A stretch of DNA of 64,000 bases from an uncultured Clostridia bacterium (GCA_964479935.1 CAYZOF010000002.1:11912-75911); one strand, 5' to 3'. Shown: positions 1 to 9,595, numbered from the stretch's first letter. The notes: generated by a model not told the origin, from the letters alone. Made by a program: numbers and translations.

Positions 1-986
1 ATATGGTGTTACATGGGGTGGAGTGCGTCGTGGCGGAAGTGTCCGCGCATGCGATTCACTATAAAAAAATCGCCGGAGTCCGTTTCGCCGCGTGTATTTT
101 TACCAATTTGACGCAAGATCATTTGGATTTTTTCGAAGACATGGAAAAGTACCGTCGGACGAAAATGCGGCTTTTTTCCGCGAACAATGCTCCGATCGCG
201 ATTTTGAACGGAGACGACGAAACCGGAAGACGTATCGCGCGTATGCGAGAAAATACGGACTGTAAGACGGTTTTTTATGGTTTACATACGCCGTCGGAGG
301 TCTTTGCCGTCGTAACGAGCGAGACTCTTTCCGGCATAGACGGTATGTTGAATATCAACGACAAATTATGCCGTTTTTCATTGCAATTGACGGGCGGACA
401 TAACGTTTACAATGCTTTGGCGGCGGCTGCGTGCGCGGCGGAGCTGGGAATCTCCGTGGAATGCATCGGCGAGGGATTGAGCGCGCTCGAACGCGTCGAC
501 GGAAGATTGGAACGAGTAGGGAGCGTCAGCGGCGCGGAGATTTACGTGGATTTCGCGCATACGCCTGACGGCTTGGAAAAATCGTTGAGCGCGTTAAAGG
601 GGCACTGCAACGGTCGACTGATTTGTTTGTTCGGTTGTGGCGGCAACAGAGATAAGAAGAAGCGCGCGCTTATGGGCGAAACCGCGGCGAAGGGAACGGA
701 TTTTACGGTGCTGACTTCGGATAATCCTCGTTATGAAGATCCGCTCGACATTCTCTCGGAAATCGAACGAGGCTATCGGCATTTTTCGGTTCGGTACGTT
801 GTCGTTCCGGACAGACGGCGCGCGATAGAATACGCAATCGCGTTTTTGAAAAAGGGGGATATACTGCTCGTCGCCGGGAAAGGTGACGAACGACATCAAG
901 AGATCATGGGTATAAAATATCCGTTTAACGACAAAGATATTATCGAAAAAACATTAAAAATAAAAGGAAACGCCCCGTCGGTTTGA
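1..986 (+). CDS. murE: UDP-N-acetylmuramoyl-L-alanyl-D-glutamate--2,6-diaminopimelate ligase MurE, C-terminal ~327 aa (5' end outside window)
   Basis: ORF 3..986. Mur-ligase motifs TNLTQDHLDFF and FGCGGNRD, plus the DAP-specifying DNPR motif (TSDNPRYEDP). Heads a dcw-type gene string. Confidence 0.9.
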   Translation, partial: MVLHGVECVVAEVSAHAIHYKKIAGVRFAACIFTNLTQDHLDFFEDMEKYRRTKMRLFSANNAPIAILNGDDETGRRIARMRENTDCKTVFYGLHTPSEVFAVVTSETLSGIDGMLNINDKLCRFSLQLTGGHNVYNALAAAACAAELGISVECIGEGLSALERVDGRLERVGSVSGAEIYVDFAHTPDGLEKSLSALKGHCNGRLICLFGCGGNRDKKKRALMGETAAKGTDFTVLTSDNPRYEDPLDILSEIERGYRHFSVRYVVVPDRRRAIEYAIAFLKKGDILLVAGKGDERHQEIMGIKYPFNDKDIIEKTLKIKGNAPSV

Positions 987-1004
987 CGGGGTTCGAGCAT
1001 TCGC

Positions 1005-1958
1005 ATGCGTATTTATTTTCTATCGACGATCGTTGCGCTCGTATTGTCCGTGGTATTCTGTTGGTTGTGGATTCCGCTGTTGCGCAAATGGAAAGCAGGA
1101 CAAAATATTCTTTCTTATGTAAAGGAACATCACGAAAAGAGCGGAACGCCTACCATGGGCGGCGTAGCGTTTATAGTCGCGGCTTTGATCTCCGCGTTTT
1201 TATGTCGGCAAGATCGCGGACGTGTATTTCTTTTGTCCGCGCTGATCGGGGTGTCTTATATGGTCATTGGAATCTTGGACGATATGCTGAAGCGTAAACA
1301 TAAAGAAAATCTTGGACTGACGGCGTGGCAGAAATTTTTCTTTCAGACGATCGTGGCTATTTTTGCCGGTTGCTTTTGTTGTCGAGCAGGCTTGACTCGC
1401 GTGTATTTGCCTTTTTCTCAAACGAGTGTAGATATCCGATACGGAATAGTTCCTCTGTCAGTTCTTGCCTTTGTGGCGACTGTAAACGCCGTAAATCTGA
1501 CGGACGGCTTAGACGGATTGGCGGCAGGTTCTTGCGCGCCGCTTTTTCTTTCGCTCGGGGTAATCATCGTTTTGCAACAGGGAGATACGTCGTTGTCGGT
1601 ATTGGCTTTCGCGTTGACGGGAGCATTGTTCGGATATCTGTGTTTCAATGTTTCTCCGGCTTCGGTGTTTATGGGGGATACGGGTTCTTTGGCACTGGGC
1701 GGTTTTGCGGCGGCAATCGGCGTTTTTTCGGGAAATGCATTGTATTTGCCGATTTTGGGCGTGGTTTTCGTTTTTTCTGTAATATCGGTGCTCATGCAGG
1801 TAATATATTATAAAGTAACGAAAGGGAAACGCATTTTTTTGATGTCGCCGGCGCATCATCATTTTCAGAAAAAAGGATTTTCGGAAAGTAAAATTTCATA
1901 TGTGTATTTTCTCGTTACGGTGCTATCGGGATTATTGTCCGTAATGACGGAGTTGTAA
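1005..1958 (+). CDS. mraY: phospho-N-acetylmuramoyl-pentapeptide transferase MraY
   Basis: 317-aa polytopic membrane protein with MraY signatures NAVNLTDGLDGLAAG, FMGDTGSLALGGF and PAHHHFQKKGF. Confidence 0.95.
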   Translation: MRIYFLSTIVALVLSVVFCWLWIPLLRKWKAGQNILSYVKEHHEKSGTPTMGGVAFIVAALISAFLCRQDRGRVFLLSALIGVSYMVIGILDDMLKRKHKENLGLTAWQKFFFQTIVAIFAGCFCCRAGLTRVYLPFSQTSVDIRYGIVPLSVLAFVATVNAVNLTDGLDGLAAGSCAPLFLSLGVIIVLQQGDTSLSVLAFALTGALFGYLCFNVSPASVFMGDTGSLALGGFAAAIGVFSGNALYLPILGVVFVFSVISVLMQVIYYKVTKGKRIFLMSPAHHHFQKKGFSESKISYVYFLVTVLSGLLSVMTEL

Positions 1959-2025
1959 GGCGATGCCGCGCGCTAACCGTCCGCATGTAAATTATGCGGC
2001 ATTGTCATAATCGACGGAGGTGAAT

Positions 2026-3510
2026 ATGTATCCTGCAAGACAAGTGTTTTTGGTATTCGGTTTATCCCGTTCCGGGCAAGCCGCCGCCGCGTTTCTGCTT
2101 TCCGAGAAAGCAATCGTCTATATTTACGACGAGGGCAAAAGCGAGCGTTTGACGCAAGTAATTCGCGATTTGACAGCGTCGGGAGCAAAACAATTAAGGC
2201 AAGAAGACCTTTCTCGTGCCGCGACAATATGCGACGCGTTGGTTCTGAGTCCGGGAATCCCGGTTGACCATTCCGTTGCCGTCGCGTTTAAGCGTAACGG
2301 AAAAGCGGTCGTCGGAGAGTCGGAATTGGCGGCTCGATATTTGAATAAAACCGTAATCGCCGTTACGGGAACGAACGGGAAAACGACGGTCGTTTCCATG
2401 CTCGCGGACGTTTTCAACAAGGGCGGCTTGGCGGCGTGCGCTTGCGGAAACATCGGTTTGCCGATGTTGGATTGTCGTGACAACGAAGCGCGGATCGCCG
2501 TTGCGGAAATTTCCAGCTTCCAGCTGGAAACGTTGCGCTCTTTGCAACCGCACGTGGCGGTGATATTGAACGTCACCGAGGATCACCTGAATCGTCACTA
2601 CAATATGGAAAACTACATATTTCTGAAGTCGAAATTGCTAAAAAATAGTACGGAATCGGAGTTTGCCGTATTGAATTACGATGACGAGGTCGTACGTTCG
2701 TTTGCGGAGAAAACGAAGGCGAAAACGTTGTATTTTTCCGTTCGAGAACGTGTAAAAGGCGCATTTTACGAGGACGGAAATTTGTTTTTCGGTAAGGAAC
2801 GCATTATGACCGAAGCCGATTTGGCGACGGGCGGATTGCATAACGTGCAGAATGCGCTCGCCGTGATCGCCGTCGCGAAGATAATGGGGATCAAAACAGA
2901 GGACATCGTTGCTGCGCTTAGCGATTTCAAAGGTGTCAAGCATAGGATCGAAACGATTGCGGAAATCGACGGCGTGACTTATATCGATGATTCCAAAGGT
3001 ACAAATACGGATGCGACGCTCAAGGCGGTCGCTACCATGAAACAAGATACAATTTTGCTCTTGGGCGGAAAGGATAAAGGGTATCGTTACGAGCCGCTGT
3101 TTGCGGCTTTGGCGGAATCCAAAGTCATACATGCGGTTTTATACGGGGAAAATCGTTATGCTTTGTTGCGTGCGGCGGAGGCTCGTCGATTTGCTTCGTT
3201 GACCTTGTGCGACGATTTCGAGTTCGCCGTCCGCATTGCCGCGTTGCGCGCAAAACCCGGTCAAACGGTATTATTGAGTCCTGCCAGCGCGAGTTTCGAC
3301 GAGTTTTCCGGTTACGAGGAACGCGGAGAGAAGTATTCGGAAATCGTTCGCTCGTTTCAAGATTCGGAAGAACCTACGGAGCGCATTGCTCCCGTTATGA
3401 CGGAAACGAATAACGACGAAAATGAAAGCGTTGAAGATCCGTTGCCGCCGTTGTTTGCGAAAGCGGACGAAGTAGAGGTGGTTACAGACGATGAAGAGAT
3501 GGCGGAATGA
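2026..3510 (+). CDS. murD: UDP-N-acetylmuramoylalanine--D-glutamate ligase MurD with an acidic C-terminal extension
   Basis: N-terminal GLSRSGQAAA Rossmann motif and VTGTNGKTT P-loop. GGAGG lies 5 nt before ATG 2026 (GTG 2020 is also in frame). The last ~50 aa are D/E-rich. Confidence 0.9.
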   Translation: MYPARQVFLVFGLSRSGQAAAAFLLSEKAIVYIYDEGKSERLTQVIRDLTASGAKQLRQEDLSRAATICDALVLSPGIPVDHSVAVAFKRNGKAVVGESELAARYLNKTVIAVTGTNGKTTVVSMLADVFNKGGLAACACGNIGLPMLDCRDNEARIAVAEISSFQLETLRSLQPHVAVILNVTEDHLNRHYNMENYIFLKSKLLKNSTESEFAVLNYDDEVVRSFAEKTKAKTLYFSVRERVKGAFYEDGNLFFGKERIMTEADLATGGLHNVQNALAVIAVAKIMGIKTEDIVAALSDFKGVKHRIETIAEIDGVTYIDDSKGTNTDATLKAVATMKQDTILLLGGKDKGYRYEPLFAALAESKVIHAVLYGENRYALLRAAEARRFASLTLCDDFEFAVRIAALRAKPGQTVLLSPASASFDEFSGYEERGEKYSEIVRSFQDSEEPTERIAPVMTETNNDENESVEDPLPPLFAKADEVEVVTDDEEMAE

Positions 3511-4624
3511 TGCCAAAGGCGACGTTTGGATTCTTTTGGTCACGGCGTTATTGGCAGGGTTCGGCGTAGTCGCGGTATATTCTGCAAGCGGCTACGTCGC
3601 GGAGACGCAATACGGGAATAAATGGTATTTCGTAAAAAAGCAACTTGTCGGATTCGGGTTGGGACTCGTTGCGATGTTATTGTGCGGAAGGGCGGACTAT
3701 CGAAAACTTCGCGGCAAATTTGTACGACGTGCGGCGTTGATTATACCGATTGTATTGCTTGCGTTGGTGTTTGTTCCCGGACTCGGCAAAACGAATTACG
3801 GCGCGACGCGTTGGATCGGACTCGGCAGCATTACAGTGCAACCGTCGGAGTTTGCGAAATACGGTTTTGTCGTTTTCGCCTCGGCATATATGGCGGATAA
3901 CATGGGAAAGATGCGTACGTTCAAAGGTGTGCTTCCCGTTTTGTTTGCCGGGGGCGCGATATGCGTATTGATCATAATAGAGCCGAATATGTCCGTTACG
4001 ATGTGCGTCGGGTTGTTAATGCTCGCCATGCTTTTTATGGGCGGCATGAAAATCAAACATTTTCTTCTCATTTTTGTACCGGCGTTGCTTGCCGTTCCCG
4101 TATTGATTATCGCAGAGCCCTATCGACTGTCGCGTTTGAGCGCGTTTCTCGACCCGTGGGAATCGCCCAAAGGAGAGGGGTATCAGTTGATCCAGTCGTT
4201 GTATGCGCTCGGAAACGGCAGTTGGTTCGGGACGGGATTGTTCCGTTCTCGTCAGAAATATCGTTTTTTACCGTTTGCGGAAAGCGATTTCATTCTGTCT
4301 GTTATCGGAGAAGAGCTTGGATTCGTCGGAACTGCTGCTTTTTTCCTCGTTTGTGCGTTTTTGGTCTTTCGCGGCATTAGAGTCGCGGTAAACGCAGACG
4401 ACTTTTTTTCTTTTTTATTGGCGAGCGGCATTACGCTCGTGTACGGCATACAAACGGTAATCAACGCGCTGGTGGTAAGCGGTGCTATTCCGCCGACGGG
4501 TTTGCCGTTGCCGCTGATAAGCTCTGGGAATACTTCGCTCATCATCACCATGGCGTCGATGGGCGTATTGTATTCCGTTTCGGCAAAAGGCGTTAAACGC
4601 CGTAGAACAAAACGCGAGCGATAA
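3491..4624 (+). CDS. ftsW: SEDS-family peptidoglycan glycosyltransferase FtsW/SpoVE
   Basis: 377-aa multi-TM protein with FLPFAESDFILSVIGEELGFVG and PPTGLPLPLISSGNTSL motifs. GAGGTGG RBS; the start overlaps the murD end by 20 nt. Confidence 0.9.
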   Translation: MKRWRNDAKGDVWILLVTALLAGFGVVAVYSASGYVAETQYGNKWYFVKKQLVGFGLGLVAMLLCGRADYRKLRGKFVRRAALIIPIVLLALVFVPGLGKTNYGATRWIGLGSITVQPSEFAKYGFVVFASAYMADNMGKMRTFKGVLPVLFAGGAICVLIIIEPNMSVTMCVGLLMLAMLFMGGMKIKHFLLIFVPALLAVPVLIIAEPYRLSRLSAFLDPWESPKGEGYQLIQSLYALGNGSWFGTGLFRSRQKYRFLPFAESDFILSVIGEELGFVGTAAFFLVCAFLVFRGIRVAVNADDFFSFLLASGITLVYGIQTVINALVVSGAIPPTGLPLPLISSGNTSLIITMASMGVLYSVSAKGVKRRRTKRER

Positions 4625-4656
4625 TTCATACAATAAAGCATAAGGAGCTTTTTCGT

Positions 4657-5913
4657 ATGGATAAATTTATCATAGACGGTGGCAATCGGTTATACGGGAG
4701 CGTGAAATCGCAGAGTGCGAAAAATGCCGTATTACCGTTATTGGCGGCATCTGTTTTAACCGATGAACAAGTGACGCTCCGCGGAATACCCAAGATTAAC
4801 GACGTGGCGAATATGCTGCATATCCTCGCCGAGGTCGGCTGTAAGATAAAGCGACAAGACGATCGCGCGATTATTGACAGTTCGAACGCAGTTTCCCATG
4901 AAATACCGGCGCGGTTGACCAAGGAACTGCGTTCTTCCGTTTTTATGCTCGGTTCCGTATTGACGCGCTTCCGCCGCGCGAAGATTTCCTATCCCGGCGG
5001 TTGCGATATAGGACTTCGTCCCATTGATCTGCATTTATCGGGGTTGAAGAGGCTCGGCGTACACATAGCGGAAGAGGACGGGTATATCTGTTGCGAGGCG
5101 GAAAAGTTGACCGGGGCGGATATATTGCTGGATTTCCCGAGCGTCGGAGCAACGGAGAATATTATCCTCGCGGCGGTGAAAGCCGAAGGGGTTACGGTAA
5201 TCCGTAACGCGGCGAAAGAACCGGAAATTGTCGATTTGCAGAACTTTTTGAATGCGATGGGGGCAAACGTTTGTGGAGCGGGCGGCGGAACGATCGTCGT
5301 GAAAGGCGTAAAACGCCTCTGCGGAGTGGATTATACGCCCATCGGAGATCGAATCGAAGTTGGAACATATCTTATAGCGACGGCTTCCTGTGGCGGAGAA
5401 ATCGAAACTCGTGGCGTGCCGTCTGAAAATATTGCGGCACTTTTACATAAATTGCGTGAAAACGGTTGCAAAATATATACAAAAAATGATAAAATATGTT
5501 TATCGAGTTCAAAACGCTTAAAATCGGTGGATATCGCGGAGACTATGCCGTTCCCGGGTTTTCCGACGGATTTGCAGGCTCAGTACGCGGCGTTGAGCGC
5601 GACGGCGCACGGCACGACGTTAATCGCGGAGAATTTATTCGAAACGAGATATCGTTATGCGGCGGAGCTGAAACGCATGGGCGCGGATATTACGGTACGA
5701 GACCGTACGGCGATTATCCGCGGCGTAGAAAAATTGCACGGTGCGTGCGTCACGGCGAGCGACTTACGGGGCGGTGCGGCTTTGGTTCTTGCCGCATTGA
5801 AAGCAGAGGGACAGAGTCAGGTGTTCGATTTGTTTCACGTGGACCGCGGATATGAAGATTTTGAAGGGAAGCTCAAAAAGCTCGGCGCGAACATTCGTCG
5901 CGTGAAAATTTGA
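4657..5913 (+). CDS. murA: UDP-N-acetylglucosamine 1-carboxyvinyltransferase MurA
   Basis: 418 aa with the MurA N-terminus MDKFIIDGGNRLYG and active-site Cys context SYPGGCDIGLRPIDLH. AAGGAG RBS. Confidence 0.93.
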   Translation: MDKFIIDGGNRLYGSVKSQSAKNAVLPLLAASVLTDEQVTLRGIPKINDVANMLHILAEVGCKIKRQDDRAIIDSSNAVSHEIPARLTKELRSSVFMLGSVLTRFRRAKISYPGGCDIGLRPIDLHLSGLKRLGVHIAEEDGYICCEAEKLTGADILLDFPSVGATENIILAAVKAEGVTVIRNAAKEPEIVDLQNFLNAMGANVCGAGGGTIVVKGVKRLCGVDYTPIGDRIEVGTYLIATASCGGEIETRGVPSENIAALLHKLRENGCKIYTKNDKICLSSSKRLKSVDIAETMPFPGFPTDLQAQYAALSATAHGTTLIAENLFETRYRYAAELKRMGADITVRDRTAIIRGVEKLHGACVTASDLRGGAALVLAALKAEGQSQVFDLFHVDRGYEDFEGKLKKLGANIRRVKI

Positions 5914-5941
5914 CCTATTTTAAGCAACAAAAGAGGATATT

Positions 5942-6742
5942 ATGAAAATACGAACGAAAACAATTTGGGTAATCGTACTGACGGTTGTGTTCTTTTTATC
6001 GATGTCGGTATTGGGGATCGCTTCCGTATATCGAGTGGATTCGGTAACGCTGAACGTGTCCGTGGTTTCCGACACGGCAGAAGAAGAGGTCAATCGAATC
6101 CAAAGTCGATTGGAGGAGGCTTATGACAAGAAAAGTATCTTCAGTGCAGAAAAATACGACGCGGAAAATGTTTTGAAAGACTTTCCGTATTTCCGTTTGA
6201 CGGAGTTTCGAAAATCATATCCGAACCGACTCATCGTATCGGTGACGGAAGACGCGGAGGTGTATGCGGTTTCTAACGAGAACGGCGGTTATTACATTCT
6301 CGGCGAGGACGGATTGATTTTGGGCGTTCGGGAGTCTTATTCTAATCGATTGGACGGTGCGGAGAACGTTTTGTTGCTCGGCTTGCGCGTTTCGGGCGAG
6401 AAAGGTTCGTATCTCGACGGAGACGAAAGTCTTTCGTCTTTGTTGTCGCTTTGCGACGAGATGTCGAAATCGCTCGACGGAATTCGACGGAACGTGCTTG
6501 CTGTCGAAGTTATACGAAAAACGTCTTCGGTAGAGGACGCAATTTATAAAGTGACGATGCGCGAGGGCGTGAATTTGTATATCGGCAATCCGACGCAACG
6601 CACGGAAGAAAAGGCACGTGCGGCGATTGAAAAGTATCTGTCTCTGTCTGATTTGGAGCGGCTTACGGGTACGATTGCGGTTTCGGAGTCGGACGGAAAG
6701 TTGACGATTGCATATTCCGATAGAGGAAATTTTGATTTTTAG
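5942..6742 (+). CDS. FtsQ/DivIB-like cell-division protein (single N-terminal TM + POTRA-like ectodomain)
   Basis: 266 aa with one N-terminal TM helix (IWVIVLTVVFFLSMSVLGIASVY) followed by a soluble domain. It sits directly upstream of the ftsA-like/ftsZ pair. The call rests on topology and context, not on a strong motif. Confidence 0.6.
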   Translation: MKIRTKTIWVIVLTVVFFLSMSVLGIASVYRVDSVTLNVSVVSDTAEEEVNRIQSRLEEAYDKKSIFSAEKYDAENVLKDFPYFRLTEFRKSYPNRLIVSVTEDAEVYAVSNENGGYYILGEDGLILGVRESYSNRLDGAENVLLLGLRVSGEKGSYLDGDESLSSLLSLCDEMSKSLDGIRRNVLAVEVIRKTSSVEDAIYKVTMREGVNLYIGNPTQRTEEKARAAIEKYLSLSDLERLTGTIAVSESDGKLTIAYSDRGNFDF

Positions 6743-6755
6743 AGTATTTTTTGAT

Positions 6756-6787
6756 AAAAAACGCGCGGTAACGACGCGTTTTTTTCT
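6756..6787 (+). terminator. rho-independent terminator after the FtsQ-like gene
   Basis: aaaaaACGCG-cggtaacga-CGCGTttttttt hairpin with flanking A and T tracts. Confidence 0.5.
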
Positions 6788-6796
6788 TTCAAGTTA

Positions 6797-6825
6797 TTGA
6801 CATTTCAATATAAATAGTGTATAAT
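6797..6825 (+). promoter_or_regulatory. sigma-A-type promoter for ftsA-like/ftsZ
   Basis: TTGACA (6797..6802) - 17 nt - TATAAT (6820..6825). Confidence 0.6.
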
Positions 6826-6875
6826 ATATAAAATAATTGTTTTATGCGATTGCGTCTTACGGAGCGGATGAAGTT

Positions 6876-8063
6876 ATGAAGAATGAAAGCGTTGCGATTT
6901 TGGATATACGTTCGGACGAGGTGTCGTTTTTGCTCGGCTCGAAAGGTGTGAACGGTACGTTTGTGTTTAACGGGAATCGTAGCAAGAAATACGAAGGGTA
7001 TTCCATACAGAACGGCTTTTACGACGAAGACTCGTTTCGCAGGGCGATTATTTCGGTGATAACGTCCGTAAGGCAGAATTACGAGGGGAACGTTACGGAA
7101 ATTTTTGTGGGCGTTCCGTCTGCTTTCGTTTCCGTTATGACGAAGGGGCAGACCAATTCCTATCCGTCCAAAAGGAAACTTGTTTTACAGGATATCGAAG
7201 CTCTGTATGAGAGCGGACTAAACGAATTAATGGCACAAGGTCATTGTATTCGTCGTTCCGATATGTATTTTACTTTGGGCGATAATCGCAAATATTTCAA
7301 AGCGGAAGATTTGTACGGCGTTCCGACGACGATGTTGAAGGGTGCGCTTTGTTACTATTTCATAGACGACGTATTTTACGATACCGTTCGTTTGGCGGCA
7401 AATAGTCTCGGTTTTAACGATATTCATTTTATCCCGTCCACGCTTGCGCAGGCGCGATATTTGTTGCCGCAAAAACAAAGGGAGGGGTATGCGTTTTTAA
7501 TGGATGTCGGCTTTTTGACCTCTTCCGTTTCCGTCGTCTACGGTAACGGCATCGTGCACGAGGAATCGTTTGATTGCGGCGTCGGACAAATTTTGGCATT
7601 GCTCGTGGAGAATCTCGGCGTGGATTATGCGACGGCGGAAGAAATCCTCGCATCCTCCAATGTTTCGGGTGGAAACGTGACGGGGGATTTGAAATGGAAT
7701 AGCGATTTCGGGAACGAATCCTTTTCCGTAAAACAAATCAATGACGTGATCAAGCGTGGCTTGGATGAGCTTTGCGAAAAAACGGAAAACTTTTTCGAAC
7801 GATATTATCGAGAAAAAAACAATACAAGTTTGATGGTAAATCCAATCAGTATTACAGGCGAGGGAATCGGTTATATCAAAGGCGCGACGGAGCATATTTC
7901 CAAACGCTTAAATCGTTTGACGGAAGTGGTGTATCCCGATTTGCCTTATTACGATAAACCGATGTACGCTTCGAGAATATCGCTTCTCGATATGGCGTTG
8001 TCGGACAGACAAACGCAAGGTTGGTTTCATAAAATTTTTAATTTCGGAGGAAAAAAGAAATGA
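6876..8063 (+). CDS. ftsA: divergent FtsA-like actin-fold cell-division protein
   Basis: Actin-fold layout (VAILDIRSDEV..., FLMDVGFLTSSVSVVYG, ISITGEGIG) and a C-terminal amphipathic tail GWFHKIFNFGGKKK. ATGA overlap with ftsZ. ATG 6876 has a GGAG 11 nt upstream; the TTG at 6837 in the ORF track is less likely. Confidence 0.7.
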   Translation: MKNESVAILDIRSDEVSFLLGSKGVNGTFVFNGNRSKKYEGYSIQNGFYDEDSFRRAIISVITSVRQNYEGNVTEIFVGVPSAFVSVMTKGQTNSYPSKRKLVLQDIEALYESGLNELMAQGHCIRRSDMYFTLGDNRKYFKAEDLYGVPTTMLKGALCYYFIDDVFYDTVRLAANSLGFNDIHFIPSTLAQARYLLPQKQREGYAFLMDVGFLTSSVSVVYGNGIVHEESFDCGVGQILALLVENLGVDYATAEEILASSNVSGGNVTGDLKWNSDFGNESFSVKQINDVIKRGLDELCEKTENFFERYYREKNNTSLMVNPISITGEGIGYIKGATEHISKRLNRLTEVVYPDLPYYDKPMYASRISLLDMALSDRQTQGWFHKIFNFGGKKK

Positions 8064-9538
8064 TTGACAGTTACGATGAAGAAAGAAGAAACGCATATTC
8101 CGCACCGGCACCCGATATGTTCGGGAATAATTTGTCGGGTGTGGCGAAAATAAAGGTGGTCGGCGTCGGCGGCGCAGGTAATAACGCCGTGGATCGACTG
8201 ATCGAATCGGGGTTGAAGAGCGCGGAATACATCGTCGTCAACACCGATAATCAGGCGTTGGCTCGTTCTAAGGCGAATCGACGCATTCAAATCGGTGTAA
8301 AATTGACAAAAGGCTTAGGTGCCGGCGCAGACCCTGCTGTCGGAAAAGCCGCGGCGGAAGAAAATAAAGAAGATATTCAAGCGGCGTTGAAGGATACCGA
8401 TTTGTTGTTTATTACCGCAGGTATGGGCGGCGGAACGGGTACGGGCGCGGCTCCCGTCATCGCAAAAATTGCAAAGGATATGAAGATCCTTACGGTGGCG
8501 GTTGTTACGTTGCCGTTTACGTTTGAAGCAAAACGCAGAATGGATAACGCGGTTGTCGGTACGGATGAGTTGGCAAAATACGTAGATGCGATTATCACTA
8601 TTCCCAACGATAAAATACATCAAGTCGTTCCTAAAGGAACGTCGTTCTCCGATGCGTTGAAGGTTGCGGATGAAGTGCTTCGCCAAGGTATTCGCGGCAT
8701 CGCGGAACTTATTGTAAAGCCGTCTTTGATTAATCTCGACTTCGCCGATGTAAAGACGACGTTGAAAGGTCGCGGACTCGCGCATATGGGGATCGGTGTG
8801 GCGAAAGGCGAGAAGAGAATTTCCGACGCTGTTCGTTGTGCTGTATGCAGTCCTTTGCTCAATACTACAATCGAGGGCGCAAGCTCGGTAATCTTGAATG
8901 TCATTGGCGGTAAAGATCTGTCCTTGGATGAGGTCGTCGTTGCGGCGGATTTGGTTCGCGGCGTAATCGATTATTCCGCAAACGTTATTTTCGGAGCGTG
9001 CATCGACGAGAATATGTCCGACGAAGTAGAGGTCGTGATTATTGCAACGGGTTTCAGCAATACGACCGCGAATAACATTGCAGACAATAAGAATACGGCG
9101 GCTCGTCAAGCATCGGTTTTATCGAAACGCATCGATTATGCTTATAATGACAGAATGGCGAGAGATGAGTCGCGTTCGTATGATTACCCTACGCAACAAT
9201 CGACGAATTCCGAGAACGGTTATTCTGCGCAACGCCCGATCAATCCCGTGGGCGGATATCCGACGCAACAACCGATCAATCCGACAAACGGTTATCCTAC
9301 GCAACAACCGATCAATCCGACAAACGGTTATCCTACGCAACGGCCGATTGACCCTATGGACGGTTATTCCGCACAAAGACCTACGCCGACGCAGTATCCT
9401 TCCAGACCGACGGCGTTCGAACCGGACGATCCGATTCCCGATCCTACGACTTTGCCGAACAGAACGGAGGCTCCGGATCGAAAACATCGTCCTCGCTTCG
9501 TCGATTTTTTCATGCAGAAGAAATCCGACGATAAATAA
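8060..9538 (+). CDS. ftsZ: cell-division GTPase FtsZ with a long repeat-containing C-terminal linker
   Basis: Tubulin signature GMGGGTGTGAAPV, plus VNTDNQAL. GGAGG RBS. 492 aa because of an extended P/Q/Y-rich linker. Confidence 0.97.
   Translation: MIDSYDEERRNAYSAPAPDMFGNNLSGVAKIKVVGVGGAGNNAVDRLIESGLKSAEYIVVNTDNQALARSKANRRIQIGVKLTKGLGAGADPAVGKAAAEENKEDIQAALKDTDLLFITAGMGGGTGTGAAPVIAKIAKDMKILTVAVVTLPFTFEAKRRMDNAVVGTDELAKYVDAIITIPNDKIHQVVPKGTSFSDALKVADEVLRQGIRGIAELIVKPSLINLDFADVKTTLKGRGLAHMGIGVAKGEKRISDAVRCAVCSPLLNTTIEGASSVILNVIGGKDLSLDEVVVAADLVRGVIDYSANVIFGACIDENMSDEVEVVIIATGFSNTTANNIADNKNTAARQASVLSKRIDYAYNDRMARDESRSYDYPTQQSTNSENGYSAQRPINPVGGYPTQQPINPTNGYPTQQPINPTNGYPTQRPIDPMDGYSAQRPTPTQYPSRPTAFEPDDPIPDPTTLPNRTEAPDRKHRPRFVDFFMQKKSDDK
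9191..9370 (+). repeat. five tandem 36-nt (12-aa) units inside the ftsZ linker; units 9263..9298 and 9299..9334 are identical
   Basis: Direct reading gives acgcaacaaccgatcaatccgacaaacggttatcct twice, flanked by degenerate copies. They encode TQQSTNSENGYS/AQRPINPVGGYP/TQQPINPTNGYP x2/TQRPIDPMDGYS. Confidence 0.9.
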
Positions 9539-9550
9539 TGAAATTCTTTA

Positions 9551-9586
9551 GTAAAAAACTTGCAATAGTAGTTGCAAGTTTTTTAC
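9551..9586 (+). terminator. rho-independent terminator after ftsZ
   Basis: Perfect hairpin gtAAAAAACTTGCAA-tagtag-TTGCAAGTTTTTTac. Confidence 0.75.
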
Positions 9587-9595
9587 TAAAAGTAC

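Noticed and set aside
983-1297. 104-aa ORF overlapping the murE end and the mraY start in another frame
   Set aside because: It is out of frame with the clearly recognisable MraY N-terminus and has no motif. It is an artefact of the gene junction.
9191-9370. Tandem direct repeats that could be mistaken for a CRISPR or minisatellite array
   Set aside because: The 36-nt units are contiguous with no spacers, in frame, and inside ftsZ. They encode the linker repeats.
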